From positions 14,309 to 78,308 of the forward strand of contig JAXMJE010000124.1 in assembly GCA_034376845.1 (NCBI GenBank): a stretch of DNA of 64,000 bases, in the 5' to 3' direction. This document shows positions 19,749-30,604 of the stretch, in pieces. Below the pieces are notes generated by a model. The model did not search any database, was not told the origin of the DNA, and saw nothing but the letters and a program-made list of their open reading frames with translations. The DNA is from Azonexus sp. (lineage in GTDB: Bacteria; Pseudomonadota; Gammaproteobacteria; Burkholderiales; Rhodocyclaceae). Every line of letters starts with the position of its first letter. Within the stretch, counting starts at the first letter, position 1. The translations under genes and the position numbers were made by a program.

Positions 19749-20087
19749 TGAAACCTTGAGACCGGTCAGCATACGACCGATTTCATCAGTATTGGCGAGT
19801 GCGGGTTGGCAAATGTTTGCAGAGCAAAAGCCCAGCCTCTGGACAAGATGTAGTTGAGTTTCGAGTTCGGCGAGCGATCCGGCCGCGATTGACAGGTGAT
19901 TCTGAAAAGCACCGGTACTTTTTCTGGCATGGCCTTCGGCAATGTTGCTCGGTATTGAAACTGCCGCCCGCTGCATTTGCGATATGAGACCGTAACGCTC
20001 GGCCGTGGGCAGCAATTCACAGAGGCGATAGATTTCAACCACCAAATCCATCGCCTTCTGCCAAACCAGCAAATCAGCGTAACGCAC
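19731..20087 (-). CDS. Four-helix-bundle protein (23S rRNA intervening-sequence protein / Avd-like family)
   Basis: YADLLVWQKAMDL, ERYGLISQMQRAAVSIPSNIAEG, IAAGSLAELETQL signature. Confidence 0.93.
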   Translation of the reverse strand: MRYADLLVWQKAMDLVVEIYRLCELLPTAERYGLISQMQRAAVSIPSNIAEGHARKSTGAFQNHLSIAAGSLAELETQLHLVQRLGFCSANICQPALANTDEIGRMLTGLKVSLAAKN

Positions 20088-20096
20088 GCGGTTTTA

Positions 20097-20127
20097 CTCG
20101 ATCCTAAAAACTAAATCCTCGGTCCTA
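20097..20127 (-). repeat. 5' heptamer arm of the element enclosing the four-helix-bundle gene
   Basis: mRNA sense TAG(pgk stop) gaccgag gatttag tttttag gatcgag. Confidence 0.8.
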
Positions 20128-21309
20128 ACCTTTTGCTCTTTCTTCAAGAATGGCAATCGCCGGCAAAGTTTTGCCTTCGAGGAATTCCAGGAAGGCGCCG
20201 CCGCCGGTGGAGATGTAGCCGACGTCGTCGTGGATGTGGAATTTGGCGATGGCGGCCAGCGTGTCGCCGCCGCCGGCGATGGAGAAGGCTTCGGAGTGGG
20301 CGATGGCGGAGGCCATCATTTTGGTGCCGCCGGCGAACTGCGGTAGCTCGAAAACGCCGACCGGTCCGTTCCAGACGATGGTGCCGGCGTTGGCGATGAT
20401 TTCGGAAAACTTGGCCGCCGTCTTCGGGCCAACGTCGAGGATGCGGTCGTTGGTATGCACATCGTCCACGGAGATCTTGTTGGCACGCGCCAGTGCGGAG
20501 ACTTCGTCAGCGACGACGACGTCGACCGGGAGCGGCACTTCGGCGCCGCGTTCCTTCATGATGTCCATGATGACGTGCGCTTCCTTGACCAGATCGGCTT
20601 CGGCCAGCGAGTGACCAATGCGCTTGCCCGAGGCGAGCAGGAAAGTATTGGCGATGCCGCCGCCGACGATCAACTGGTCGACCTTGTTGGCCAGCGATTT
20701 GAGGATGGTCAGTTTGCTCGACACCTTGGAGCCGCCGACGATGGCGACCAGCGGGCGTTTCGGGTTGGTCAGGGCCTTGGTCAGGGCATCGATTTCTGCA
20801 CCCATCAGCATGCCGGCGCAGGCTACCGGGGCGAATCTGGCGATGCCGTGCGTCGTGGCTTCAGCGCGGTGGGCGGTGCCGAAAGCGTCGTTGACGTAGA
20901 TGTCGCAAAGCTTGGCCATTTTCTGGGCAAGTTCTTCATTGTTCTTTTTTTCACCTTTGTTGACGCGGCAGTTTTCGAGCAGCACGACTTCGCCGGGTTT
21001 GACCGTAAAGTCGCCATCAACCCAGTCGGTGATCAGGCGCACGGAGGTGTGCAACATCTGGCCAAGCCGCACGGCGACCGGCATCAGGCTGTCCTCATGA
21101 TGCAGCTGGCCCTCGGTCGGCCGGCCGAGGTGGGAGGTGACCATCACGGCAGCACCTTTTTCCAGGCAGTACTTGATCGACGGCAGCGAGGCGCGGATGC
21201 GGGTGTCCTCGGTGATGTTGCCCGCTTCGTCCTGCGGCACGTTGAGGTCGGCGCGGATGAAAACGCGTTTGCCAGATACATCGAGGTCGGTGAGTTTGAT
21301 GACGTTCAT
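20125..21309 (-). CDS. pgk: Phosphoglycerate kinase
   Basis: [42 protein letters not shown]. Confidence 0.98.
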   Translation of the reverse strand: MNVIKLTDLDVSGKRVFIRADLNVPQDEAGNITEDTRIRASLPSIKYCLEKGAAVMVTSHLGRPTEGQLHHEDSLMPVAVRLGQMLHTSVRLITDWVDGDFTVKPGEVVLLENCRVNKGEKKNNEELAQKMAKLCDIYVNDAFGTAHRAEATTHGIARFAPVACAGMLMGAEIDALTKALTNPKRPLVAIVGGSKVSSKLTILKSLANKVDQLIVGGGIANTFLLASGKRIGHSLAEADLVKEAHVIMDIMKERGAEVPLPVDVVVADEVSALARANKISVDDVHTNDRILDVGPKTAAKFSEIIANAGTIVWNGPVGVFELPQFAGGTKMMASAIAHSEAFSIAGGGDTLAAIAKFHIHDDVGYISTGGGAFLEFLEGKTLPAIAILEERAKG

Positions 21310-21330
21310 GGTTCTCTCCTGAGCGGATGG

Positions 21331-22380
21331 TTAATTTTGTGGGGCCGGCCAAAGGCGCGACCAGTGGTCGGCGACTTCGAGCATGCGGTTGGCGAAGCCC
21401 CATTCGTTGTCGAACCAGACGAAGAGGTTGGCCAGGTGCGGACCAGCGGTGCGGGTCTGGCTGCCATCGATGATGGCTGAATGCGGGTCGTGATTGAAGT
21501 CGATCGAGGCATGGGCGGCTTCGGAATAGGCGATCAGTCGGGCGAACGGACCCGCTGCCGCCGCGGCCAGCAGTTGGTTGATCTCGCTGGCCGACACCGG
21601 GCGTTTGGTGGTGAGGGTGAGATCGATCGCCGAAACATTCAGGGTCGGGACGCGGATTGCCTTGGCGTGAACCAGCCCCGTCAGTTGCGGCAACAAGCGC
21701 TCGATGCCGCGGGCCAGGCCGGTGGAGACCGGGATGATCGACTGCATGGCTGAGCGCGTGCGGCGCAGGTCGTCGTGGTGGTAGCCGTCGATCAGCGGCT
21801 GGTCATTCATCACCGAATGCAGCGTCGTGAGCAGCACCTGTTCGATGCCAATTTCGCGGTCGAGCAGATCAAGGACCGGGACGATGGCATTGGTCGTACA
21901 GGAGGCCGCGGAAACCAGTTTTTCGCCGCCGTTCAGGCTGTGCTGGTTGATGCCTGCGACGATGGTTGCGTCGACATCATTGCCGCTGTTGCCGGGGTGG
22001 GAAAGCAGCAGGCGCGGGCAACCGGCAGCGATAAAACGGGCCAATTCTGCCCGTTGACCGTAGCTGCCGGAAGATTCAATCACCAGATCGATCCCGAGGC
22101 CGCGCCAATCAACGTCTTCAGGACGGCGGGCATGGCTGATGGCAATTGCGTTGCCATCGACGATCAAGGTGCCGTCACCGAGCTCAACCTGACCGGGAAA
22201 ACGGCCGTGGGTTGAATCGTAACGGGTCAGGTAAGCCATGCTCTCGAGATTGGCCGGCTCGTTTATGGCGACGACCTGGAGATTGTGGGCTACGGGAGAT
22301 TCGAGCAAGGCGCGCAGGAAACAACGACCAATACGGCCATAGCCGTTAATCGCAAGACGTAATGGAGCGTTTGGGCGCAC
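21331..22380 (-). CDS. epd: Erythrose-4-phosphate dehydrogenase (GAPDH paralogue)
   Basis: INGYGRIGR, AASCTTN, LHSVMNDQPLID, QSIIPV, WFDNEWGFANRM; start uncertain (GTG 22380 chosen). Confidence 0.8.
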   Translation of the reverse strand: MRPNAPLRLAINGYGRIGRCFLRALLESPVAHNLQVVAINEPANLESMAYLTRYDSTHGRFPGQVELGDGTLIVDGNAIAISHARRPEDVDWRGLGIDLVIESSGSYGQRAELARFIAAGCPRLLLSHPGNSGNDVDATIVAGINQHSLNGGEKLVSAASCTTNAIVPVLDLLDREIGIEQVLLTTLHSVMNDQPLIDGYHHDDLRRTRSAMQSIIPVSTGLARGIERLLPQLTGLVHAKAIRVPTLNVSAIDLTLTTKRPVSASEINQLLAAAAAGPFARLIAYSEAAHASIDFNHDPHSAIIDGSQTRTAGPHLANLFVWFDNEWGFANRMLEVADHWSRLWPAPQN

Positions 22381-22414
22381 AACTTCTTTCAGGGTAATTT
22401 TGGAACGGTGAAAC

Positions 22415-22440
22415 AAAAGGGGCCTTGCGGCCCCTTTTTT
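22415..22440. terminator. Hairpin/terminator between gap and epd
   Basis: AAAAGGGGCC-ttgc-GGCCCCTTTT. Confidence 0.7.
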
Positions 22441-22452
22441 GCTGAAAACCGC

Positions 22453-23481
22453 TTACTTGACGGCCATCCAGGCGCGGGCGGCATCGATCATGCGGCAGGA
22501 ATAGCCCCACTCGTTGTCGTACCAGGCCAGGACTTTAACCAGCGTGCTGCCATCTTCACCCTGAATGACGCGGGTTTGCGTCGCGTCGAAGGTGGAGGAA
22601 ACGGTGGTGTGGTTGAAGTCGGACGACACCAGCGGCTCGTTGTTCACGTCCATGATGCCCTTGAGCGGGCCGTTGGCAGCCGCGGTCATCAAGGCATTGA
22701 TTTCATCCTTGGTGGTGGCGCGGCCGGCGGTGAAGGTCAGGTCGACCAGCGAAACATTGATGGTTGGTACGCGCAGGGCGAAACCATCAACCTTGCCCAC
22801 CAGTTGCGGCAGCACCAGGCCGACGGCCTTGGCAGCACCGGTCTTGGTCGGGATGATGTTGGCGGCAGCAGCACGGGCGCGGCGCAGATCCTTGTGACGG
22901 ACGTCAACGGTGACCTGGTCGTTGGTGTAGGCGTGGATGGTGGTCATCAGGCCCTGCTTGATGCCGATGGCGTCAGACAGAATCTTGGCAACCGGGGCCA
23001 GGCAGTTGGTCGTGCAGGAGGCGTTGGAGACGACGGTCATGCCGGGCTTCAGCGCATCTTCATTAACGCCCATGACGATGGTGGTATCGACATCATCACC
23101 GCCTGGCGCGGAGATCAGCACGCGCTTGGCGCCCTGGTCGAGCAGGGCTTGGGCCTTGGTTTTGGTGGTGTAGGCGCCGGTGCACTCGAGCAGAATATCA
23201 ACGCCGTGGTCGGCCCAATTGATGTCCTTCGGGTTCTTGGTCGAGTAGAAGGCGATACGCTTGCCGTCGATGATGATGCAGTTTTCGCCGTCGGTTTCAA
23301 CGGGGGTGCGGAAACGGCCGTGGGTCGTGTCGTACTTGAGCAGATGCGAGTTCGTCGCCAGATCACCAGCGGCGTTGATGGCGACGACGTCGAATTCGTT
23401 CTGCAGGCCTTGCTCATAGATCGCGCGCAGCGTGCAGCGACCGATACGACCGAAACCATTGATTGCAACCTTGATAGCCAT
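22453..23481 (-). CDS. gap: Glyceraldehyde-3-phosphate dehydrogenase type I
   Basis: INGFGRIGR, NASCTTNCLAP, RRARAA, WYDNEWGY. Confidence 0.97.
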   Translation of the reverse strand: MAIKVAINGFGRIGRCTLRAIYEQGLQNEFDVVAINAAGDLATNSHLLKYDTTHGRFRTPVETDGENCIIIDGKRIAFYSTKNPKDINWADHGVDILLECTGAYTTKTKAQALLDQGAKRVLISAPGGDDVDTTIVMGVNEDALKPGMTVVSNASCTTNCLAPVAKILSDAIGIKQGLMTTIHAYTNDQVTVDVRHKDLRRARAAAANIIPTKTGAAKAVGLVLPQLVGKVDGFALRVPTINVSLVDLTFTAGRATTKDEINALMTAAANGPLKGIMDVNNEPLVSSDFNHTTVSSTFDATQTRVIQGEDGSTLVKVLAWYDNEWGYSCRMIDAARAWMAVK

Positions 23482-23508
23482 GTGATTCCTCTCTTCGTTG
23501 AATTTGAA

Positions 23509-25515
23509 TCAGGACAAAAGTTCTTTTGCCGTCTTGACGACGTTGGCGACGGTGAAGCCGAACAGCTCCATCAACTGACCGGCCGGGGCGGATTCGCCGA
23601 AGTGGTCAATGCCAACCACGGCGCCATGCAGGCCGACGTACTTGCGCCAGAAATCAGGATGCGCCGCTTCAATGGCGATGCGTTTTTTGCAACTGCCCAG
23701 AACGGCAGCTTTGTAGTCGGCGCTCTGGCGGTCGAAGACATTGGTGCAAGGCATCGAGACGACGCGCGTGGCGATGCCTTCGCCGGCCAGCGCTGCTTGG
23801 GAATCCAGTGCCAGCTTGATTTCGGAGCCGGTCGCGATAAAAGTGATTTGCGCTTCGCCGGTACACTCGGAGAGCACGTAACCGCCCTTGCGGATATCGT
23901 CGTCCGCGATGTTTTGTGTCACGGTCGGCAAATTCTGACGCGACAGGGCGAGCAAACTGGGGCCATTTTGACGGTCGACCGCAGCTGTCCAGGCAATCGC
24001 CGTTTCGGTCGCATCGGCCGGGCGCCAGACATCCAGATTCGGGATGATGCGCAGGCTGGGGATGTGCTCAACCGGCTGGTGCGTTGGGCCGTCTTCGCCG
24101 AGGCCGATGGAGTCATGGGTATAAACCATGATCTGGCGCTGCTTCATTAACGCCGCCATGCGGATGGCGTTGCGCGCGTAGTCGGAGAAAACCAGGAAGG
24201 TGGCGGTGTAAGGGATCAGGCCACCATGCAGCGCGAGGCCGTTGGCGATGGCGGTCATGCCGAATTCACGGACGCCGTAATAGCAGTAGTTGCCGCCCTC
24301 GGTGCGAGTGACGCCCTTGCTGCCCTTGACGAAAGTCAGATTGGAGCCGGCCAGGTCAGCCGAACCGCCGAAGATTTCCGGCACAGCCGGGACCAGCGCG
24401 GCGATGGCGTTTTGCGACGCTTTGCGTGAGGCGATGTTCTCGGCTTTTTCGCGGCAACTGGCGATGTAAGCCGCTTTGGTGCTTTCCCAGTTGCTTGGCA
24501 GTTCACGCTTGATGACGCGACGCTCGAACTCGGCGGCTTCAGCCGGGAAGGCGGCGCGGTAGTTGGTGAGACGGGTGTTCCAGTTTTCTTCAAAAATGGC
24601 GCCACGCGGCTTGCCGTTCCAGGCGGCATAAACTTCGTCCGGGATTTCAAAGGGTGGGTGATTCCAGCCAATGTAGGCGCGGGCAGCAGCGATTTCGTCC
24701 TTGCCCAACGGCGCGCCGTGGCAATCATGTGAACCTTGCTTATTGGGCGCGCCCATGCCAATCGTCGTCTTGCAGCAGATCAGGCTGGGTTTGTCGGTCA
24801 CCGACTTGGCTTCGAGCAGGGCGCGTTCAATCGCATCACTGTTGTGACCGTTGACGTCGGCAATGACATGCCAGCCGTAGGCAGCAAAACGGGCCGGGGT
24901 GTTGTCGGTGAACCAGCCTTCGACGTGGCCGTCGATCGAGATGCCGTTATCGTCCCAGAAGGCAATCAGCTTGCCGAGGCCGAGCGTGCCGGCGAGCGAG
25001 CAGGCTTCGTGCGAAACGCCTTCCATCAGACAACCATCGCCGAGGAAACAGTAGGTGTGGTGATTGACGATTTCGTGGCCAGGTTTGTTGAACTCGGCAG
25101 CCAGCACCTTTTCGGCCAGTGCAAAGCCGACGGCATTCGAGATGCCCTGGCCGAGCGGGCCGGTCGTGGTTTCGACGCCGGGGGTATAGCCAAATTCCGG
25201 GTGACCCGGTGTCCTGGAATGCAACTGGCGGAAATTTTTCAGATCATCGATCGATAGATCGTAGCCAGTGAGGTGAAGCAGCGCATAAACCAGCATCGAG
25301 CCGTGGCCGTTCGACATCACGAAGCGGTCGCGGTCCGGCCAGTGCGGATTCGTCGGGTTGTGGCGCAGTTGCCGGCGCCAGAGCACTTCGGCGATTTCCG
25401 CCATGCCCATCGGCGCGCCCGGGTGGCCGGAATTGGCCTGTTGTACGGCATCCATCGCCAGGGCGCGGATGGCGCCGGTCAGGGGAGAAAACTTCGGAGG
25501 GTTACTGACGCTCAT
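23509..25515 (-). CDS. tkt: Transketolase
   Basis: [41 protein letters not shown]. Confidence 0.98.
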   Translation of the reverse strand: MSVSNPPKFSPLTGAIRALAMDAVQQANSGHPGAPMGMAEIAEVLWRRQLRHNPTNPHWPDRDRFVMSNGHGSMLVYALLHLTGYDLSIDDLKNFRQLHSRTPGHPEFGYTPGVETTTGPLGQGISNAVGFALAEKVLAAEFNKPGHEIVNHHTYCFLGDGCLMEGVSHEACSLAGTLGLGKLIAFWDDNGISIDGHVEGWFTDNTPARFAAYGWHVIADVNGHNSDAIERALLEAKSVTDKPSLICCKTTIGMGAPNKQGSHDCHGAPLGKDEIAAARAYIGWNHPPFEIPDEVYAAWNGKPRGAIFEENWNTRLTNYRAAFPAEAAEFERRVIKRELPSNWESTKAAYIASCREKAENIASRKASQNAIAALVPAVPEIFGGSADLAGSNLTFVKGSKGVTRTEGGNYCYYGVREFGMTAIANGLALHGGLIPYTATFLVFSDYARNAIRMAALMKQRQIMVYTHDSIGLGEDGPTHQPVEHIPSLRIIPNLDVWRPADATETAIAWTAAVDRQNGPSLLALSRQNLPTVTQNIADDDIRKGGYVLSECTGEAQITFIATGSEIKLALDSQAALAGEGIATRVVSMPCTNVFDRQSADYKAAVLGSCKKRIAIEAAHPDFWRKYVGLHGAVVGIDHFGESAPAGQLMELFGFTVANVVKTAKELLS

Positions 25516-25629
25516 GATCGGGGAATCCAGCCGGCGGAAAAGGTGAAATTATCCGGGAAATGCCTTCTCTTGGGTAGGGCAATCTGGTCATTGCGCTGGC
25601 TGACCGGCACGCTTGCCGTTCGGCCGAAC

Positions 25630-26643
25630 TCAATTGAGATGATAGCCACTGATGCGGTCAACCTCGTTTTTCGATCCTAAAATGACCGGCACGCGCTGAT
25701 GCAGTTTGCCCGGCTTGATCTCGAGAATGCGCTCACGGCCGGTGCTGGCGGCGCCGCCAGCTTGCTCGACCAGCATGGCCATCGGGTTGGCTTCGTACAT
25801 CAGGCGCAGCTTGCCGCCCTGGCTCTTCAGTTTGCTGTCGAGCGGATACATGAAAATGCCGCCGCGCGTCATGATGCGATGCACGTCAGCCACCATGGAG
25901 GCGACCCAGCGCATGTTGTAATCCTTGCCCAGTGGCCCGGTTTTCCCCTGCTGCATTTCGCCGACATAGCGCTGGACTGGCGCTTCCCAAAAACGCTGAT
26001 TGGCCATATTGATGGAGAATTCCTGCGTATCTGCCGGAATTTGTACATTTTCCCGGGTCAGCACAAATTGCCCCTGCTCGCGGTCCAGCGTGAAGACGCT
26101 GACGCCGTCGCCAACCGTCAGCACGAGCAAGGTGGTGGGGCCATAAACCGCATAGCCGGCGGCGACCTGTGCCGTGCCAGGCTGCAGGAAGGCGGCTTCA
26201 GCCGCTGCCGCCGTAGTCAGATCAGCGCCTTCCGGGCATTTCAGGACGGAAAAAATAGTCCCGATGGAGACATTGACGTCAATATTGGAGGAGCCATCGA
26301 GCGGATCGAAGAGCAGCAGGTATTCACCCTGCGGGTAACGGTGGGGAATGGTGTGCGGCAGATCCATTTCTTCGGAAGCCATCGCCGCCAGGTGGCCGCC
26401 CCATTCATTGGCTTCGAGCAGAATTTCGTTGGAGAGCACATCCAGTTTTTTCTGCGCCTCGCCCTGCACATTGTCGCTACCGGCTTCGCCGAGCACATCG
26501 CCCAGGCCACCCTTGCCGATGGCAACCGAAATGGCCTGGCAGGCCCGTGAGACGACTTCAATCAAAAATTTTAGATCGGCGGTGATCAGGCCCCGCTCGC
26601 GTTGTTCTTCAGTGAGGTAACGGGCCAGTGTGCGCTGTGCCAT
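25630..26643 (-). CDS. fbp: Fructose-1,6-bisphosphatase class I
   Basis: [34 protein letters not shown]. Confidence 0.96.
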   Translation of the reverse strand: MAQRTLARYLTEEQRERGLITADLKFLIEVVSRACQAISVAIGKGGLGDVLGEAGSDNVQGEAQKKLDVLSNEILLEANEWGGHLAAMASEEMDLPHTIPHRYPQGEYLLLFDPLDGSSNIDVNVSIGTIFSVLKCPEGADLTTAAAAEAAFLQPGTAQVAAGYAVYGPTTLLVLTVGDGVSVFTLDREQGQFVLTRENVQIPADTQEFSINMANQRFWEAPVQRYVGEMQQGKTGPLGKDYNMRWVASMVADVHRIMTRGGIFMYPLDSKLKSQGGKLRLMYEANPMAMLVEQAGGAASTGRERILEIKPGKLHQRVPVILGSKNEVDRISGYHLN

Positions 26644-26680
26644 GTGTTTCATTTCCTGCGTTATGACGAAAGGAAGAATT

Positions 26681-29158
26681 TTACTCCGCCGGGCGGCGCG
26701 CGTGCAGAAAGGCGAAGGCGGCGGCACCGGTTAGTGGCTTGCTGAACAGGTAACCCTGAACTTCATCACAGCCGTTGGCACTCAACAATTTGAGTTGCTG
26801 TTCAGTTTCGACCCCTTCGGCGATGACATTCAGGCCCAGCGAATGGGCCAGCGCGATGGTGCCGAAAGCGATGGCGCGATCATTGAGGTCAGTCTCGATA
26901 TCCCGGACAAAAGAACGGTCAATCTTCAGGTGGTCAATCGGGAAAAGCTTCAGGTAGGCGAGCGACGAATAGCCGGTGCCGAAATCGTCGATAGCCAGTG
27001 AAATACCCATGCGGCCGAGGCGTTGCAGGATTGCGATGGCTTCTTCCGGGTTTTCCATCACTGAGCTTTCGGTCAGTTCAATCTCCAGCAGTTCGGGCGG
27101 AAGCTCTGTTTCGGCGAGTACGCCGGCCACGGTCTCGCAAAAGTCGCGGCGCCGAAGCTGTCGTGCCGAGACGTTGACAGCGATCCGTATCGGTTGCAAA
27201 CCTTTGTCGATCCAGTGTTTTACTTCGCGGCAGGCATTGAGCAAAACCCATTCGCCGATTTCGACAATGAGTCCGGTTTCTTCGGCGACTGGAATGAAGC
27301 GATCCGGCGGAATCATGCCATCGGTCGGGTGGTGCCAGCGCAGCAAGGCTTCGACACCGGTCGGCTGCGAGCTATCGGCCCGGAACTGCGGTTGGAAACA
27401 GAGTGCGAGTTCATTGCGGCTGATGGCGTGACGCAGCTTGCGTTCAATATCAAGGCGGTCGGCCGTGACGCGATTCATCTCGGCGGTAAAAAACTGGTAG
27501 TTGTTTCGGCCGGCCGACTTGGCGTGATACATCGCGACATCGGCATTCTTCATGACCGTGTCGCCATCCGGCCCGTCATCCGGGAAAATACTGATGCCGA
27601 TGGAGGGACTGGTGTGCAGTTCGTGCCCTTCCGCTTCAATCGCTATCGATAGCTTGGCGATGATCTTGCCGGCCACAATCGCTGCGTCGGCCGGCGAAGT
27701 GATACCGGGCAGAATAATGACGAACTCATCACCGCCGAGACGAGCTACGAAGTCTGTTTCGCGCACGACGCTTGATAGCCGGCAAGCAACTTCGCGGAGC
27801 AATTCATCACCGACCGGGTGGCCCAAGGTGTCGTTGATGATCTTGAAGCGATCAAGATCAAGAAACATGATGGCGAGCCGCCAGTTATGGCGCCGGGCTT
27901 CAGGTAACAACTGGGCGAGGCGCATGGCGAGAGCGAGGCGATTCGGTAAACCAGTCAGCGCGTCATGCTGGGCAATATGGCGCATGCGTTCTTCGGATTG
28001 CTTGCGTTCGGTGATGTCGGCCAGAATCCAGATGTAGTGGGCCGGTTGGCCGCTATAAGGATCATCAACCCGGCTGACGCGGATACCGACTGGCATCTCC
28101 TCGCCATTTTTTTGGGTGATTTCCAGCTCACCACTCCAGGTGCCGCTGGCCGCCAGCGTTTCCTGAAATGCATCGGAGGTTTGTCCGTGCGCCAGGTTGA
28201 TCAATGCAAACACCGTGTAACCGACCAGCTCGAAAGGCTCGTAGCCGGTCATCAGCGTGGTTGCCGGATTGATCGAAAGAATGCGCTGCGCGTCGTCGGT
28301 AAAAATAATGCCGGTTGGCGTGTGATTGAAAACTTTTTGCGCCAGTTGTTCGCGCTCGGCGCTCGTTCGGCGTTCGGTCACGTCGGTATAGATCGTTACG
28401 AAGCCGCCGTCGGCCAGTGGTACGCCGCGAATATCCAGCGTCTTGCCATTCGGCCGCGTCCGTTCGATGTGATGCGGTTCGGCATTTTTCGCTCGAGCCA
28501 TCAAAGCGGTAATGATGGCCTCGGTATCGCCCGTGCCATATTCGCCGCGTTCGGCATTGAAGCGGAAAAGCACTTCAAGCGAGACCGGCCCTGGCTCAAT
28601 CAGCGAAGCGGGGAAGTCGAGCAGGTGGAGCAATTCCTGGTTATGGAGGATCAGTTTTTGCTCACGGTCGAACAGGCTAACGCCGCTCGGGATGCTCTCA
28701 ATGACGGTTTGCAGCAGGTCGTGCTGGAGGCGCAAGGCGGCTTCGGCCTGTTTGCGCTCGGTGATGTCGGTGTAAGTTGTAATGAAGCCAGCCAGCTGCC
28801 CGTCAATAAATAAGGGTTCGCCCTGAACCAGGTGGGAGCGGCCGCTGGGCCGGGTGCGTTCAACGCTGTGGGCTTCAAATTTGAGTGCCAGTGCAGTGAT
28901 GCGGGTGACGTGGGCTTCGATATCGCCGGGGCCATACTCGCCACGAGCCGCTGGAATACGGATCAGCTCAGAAAAGTGAACACCCTCGTAAACACTGGTT
29001 TCGGGCAGGTTCAAAACATCGAGAAAGCCCTTGTTCCAGACGCGCAGGCGTAGATGTTCGTCAAAAACGCTAATGCCCTGCGGCATGCTGCCCATGATGG
29101 CCTGCAGGTAAGCGTGTTTGCGTTTGGATTCAGCAGTATTTGAGGGTGCGGCGTTCAA
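26681..29158 (-). CDS. PAS-PAS-PAS GGDEF/EAL c-di-GMP protein
   Basis: Two RGEYG-type PAS domains, [23 protein letters not shown]; start uncertain. Confidence 0.92.
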   Translation of the reverse strand: MNAAPSNTAESKRKHAYLQAIMGSMPQGISVFDEHLRLRVWNKGFLDVLNLPETSVYEGVHFSELIRIPAARGEYGPGDIEAHVTRITALALKFEAHSVERTRPSGRSHLVQGEPLFIDGQLAGFITTYTDITERKQAEAALRLQHDLLQTVIESIPSGVSLFDREQKLILHNQELLHLLDFPASLIEPGPVSLEVLFRFNAERGEYGTGDTEAIITALMARAKNAEPHHIERTRPNGKTLDIRGVPLADGGFVTIYTDVTERRTSAEREQLAQKVFNHTPTGIIFTDDAQRILSINPATTLMTGYEPFELVGYTVFALINLAHGQTSDAFQETLAASGTWSGELEITQKNGEEMPVGIRVSRVDDPYSGQPAHYIWILADITERKQSEERMRHIAQHDALTGLPNRLALAMRLAQLLPEARRHNWRLAIMFLDLDRFKIINDTLGHPVGDELLREVACRLSSVVRETDFVARLGGDEFVIILPGITSPADAAIVAGKIIAKLSIAIEAEGHELHTSPSIGISIFPDDGPDGDTVMKNADVAMYHAKSAGRNNYQFFTAEMNRVTADRLDIERKLRHAISRNELALCFQPQFRADSSQPTGVEALLRWHHPTDGMIPPDRFIPVAEETGLIVEIGEWVLLNACREVKHWIDKGLQPIRIAVNVSARQLRRRDFCETVAGVLAETELPPELLEIELTESSVMENPEEAIAILQRLGRMGISLAIDDFGTGYSSLAYLKLFPIDHLKIDRSFVRDIETDLNDRAIAFGTIALAHSLGLNVIAEGVETEQQLKLLSANGCDEVQGYLFSKPLTGAAAFAFLHARRPAE

Positions 29159-29268
29159 GGGGACAAAACACCTGATGGGTAAATTATTAAGCGGCAAATG
29201 ATAGCTTAAGCATCTGCCAGACTGCGTTGGCGGCAAATGTTTTTTGTCGGAAAGGCCAGGTTGCGCGG

Positions 29269-29826
29269 CTATTCAGTCTTCCATTTGATCGAGCAGCCGA
29301 TCGAGGCGACTTGTTCTGCCGGGCCGCAACCGCTTTGGGCAATTTGGCGCATCGCTTCAAACAGTTCACGCTTTGTCTCTGCCGGGCCGGGGTTGCGTCC
29401 GGATGCGTCTAGCCGGCCACGGTATTGGAGCTCAAGCCGAGTGTTGTAACCGAAAAAATCTGGCGTACAGACAGCGCCGTAAGCGCGGGCGATTTCCTGG
29501 CTTTCGTCAATTAAATAAGGAAAAGGAAAATCGAGCGCTTTGGCCCAATGCCGCATGTTTTCTGGTGCATCTTCCGGGTTGACCGCAGCATCGTTGCTCA
29601 TTGTTGCCACGCTACCGATGCCCTGGCTGGCTAAATCGCGGCAATCCCGTACCAAGCGCTCAATGACTGCCTTGACGTAGGGGCAGTGATTGCAGATAAA
29701 CATCACGAGCAATCCGTTCGGGCCGCGGCAGCTGGCGAGCGTATGGCGTTTTCCGTCGACGTCCGGGAGGTCGAAATCGATCGCTGGCTGGCCGAAATTA
29801 ACGCTGGGTGGGTTTAATGCGACCAT
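29269..29826 (-). CDS. Thioredoxin/AhpC-TSA family protein
   Basis: FICNHCPYV, CTPDFFG, YRGRLD, SIGCSIKWK. Confidence 0.9.
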   Translation of the reverse strand: MVALNPPSVNFGQPAIDFDLPDVDGKRHTLASCRGPNGLLVMFICNHCPYVKAVIERLVRDCRDLASQGIGSVATMSNDAAVNPEDAPENMRHWAKALDFPFPYLIDESQEIARAYGAVCTPDFFGYNTRLELQYRGRLDASGRNPGPAETKRELFEAMRQIAQSGCGPAEQVASIGCSIKWKTE

Positions 29827-29867
29827 GTTTTTTCCCGTCAAAACACAATTCGCAGATAATAGCACCG

Positions 29868-30602
29868 ATGAATCTACCCCGTTTTTACTGCCGAGAAGCG
29901 CTCTCGCCGGGCGCGCATATTGATCTTCCGGAACCGGTGGCTCGCCACGCCGTGCGCGTTTTGCGCCTGCCGCCGGGGGCGCCAATGGTTTTGTTTGACG
30001 GCCGTGGCGGCGAGTACGCAGCGCATATTGAACGAATCGAAAAAAACCGGGTGGTCGTGGTGCTCGGGGCGTGGCGGGATGTCGAGCGTGAATCCAGCTT
30101 GAATGTGACCCTGGTGCAGGCCGTGCAAGCTGGTGAAAAGATGGATTTCACCATCCAGAAAGCGGTTGAGCTTGGGGTGGCCGACATTGTGCCGGTCGAC
30201 AGCCGACGGAGCTTGATTCGTCTGACCGGCGAGCGTGCCGCCAAACGGATTGCGCATTGGCAGGGCGTCGCCGCTTCGGCTTGCGAGCAGTGCGGGCGCA
30301 ATCAGGTGCCGATTGTCGCGCCACTGGAAAAGCTGGAGCATTGGTTAGCGCGGCCGGCGCGACCGGGCCTGCGCTTGATGCTGGCGCCCGGAGCCGAGCA
30401 TGCGCTGGCCGATTTGCCGCCAGTTAAAGATTTACAGCTGTTGATCGGGGCCGAAGGGGGGCTTGATCCGCAGGAGATGGTCGCGGCTCAAACGGCTGGC
30501 TTTCAGCCGGTCAGATTGGGGCCACGGGTTTTGCGCACGGAAACGGCAGGCTTGGCAGCGTTGGCTGCGTTACAGGCTTTATGGGGTGATTTCAGGGGGT
30601 AG
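29868..30602 (+). CDS. rsmE: 16S rRNA m3U1498 methyltransferase
   Basis: HAVRVLRL, QKAVELG, ACEQCGR, LGPRVLRTETA. Confidence 0.96.
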   Translation: MNLPRFYCREALSPGAHIDLPEPVARHAVRVLRLPPGAPMVLFDGRGGEYAAHIERIEKNRVVVVLGAWRDVERESSLNVTLVQAVQAGEKMDFTIQKAVELGVADIVPVDSRRSLIRLTGERAAKRIAHWQGVAASACEQCGRNQVPIVAPLEKLEHWLARPARPGLRLMLAPGAEHALADLPPVKDLQLLIGAEGGLDPQEMVAAQTAGFQPVRLGPRVLRTETAGLAALAALQALWGDFRG

Positions 30603-30604
30603 TC

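Noticed and set aside
19731-20087. Diversity-generating retroelement or an rRNA intervening sequence
   Set aside because: No reverse transcriptase, TR/VR pair or rRNA gene in the window; only the Avd-like fold is shared.
22408-24150. Long antisense ORFs (e.g. 580 aa here; also 9315-10466, 14830-15906, 37495-38805, 61189-62457)
   Set aside because: Shadow frames opposite well-conserved genes in GC-rich DNA, with no family motifs.
14899-26643. Calvin-cycle (cbb) operon
   Set aside because: fbp/tkt/gap/pgk/fba are present but there is no RubisCO or phosphoribulokinase; epd and pyk indicate the ordinary glycolytic cluster.
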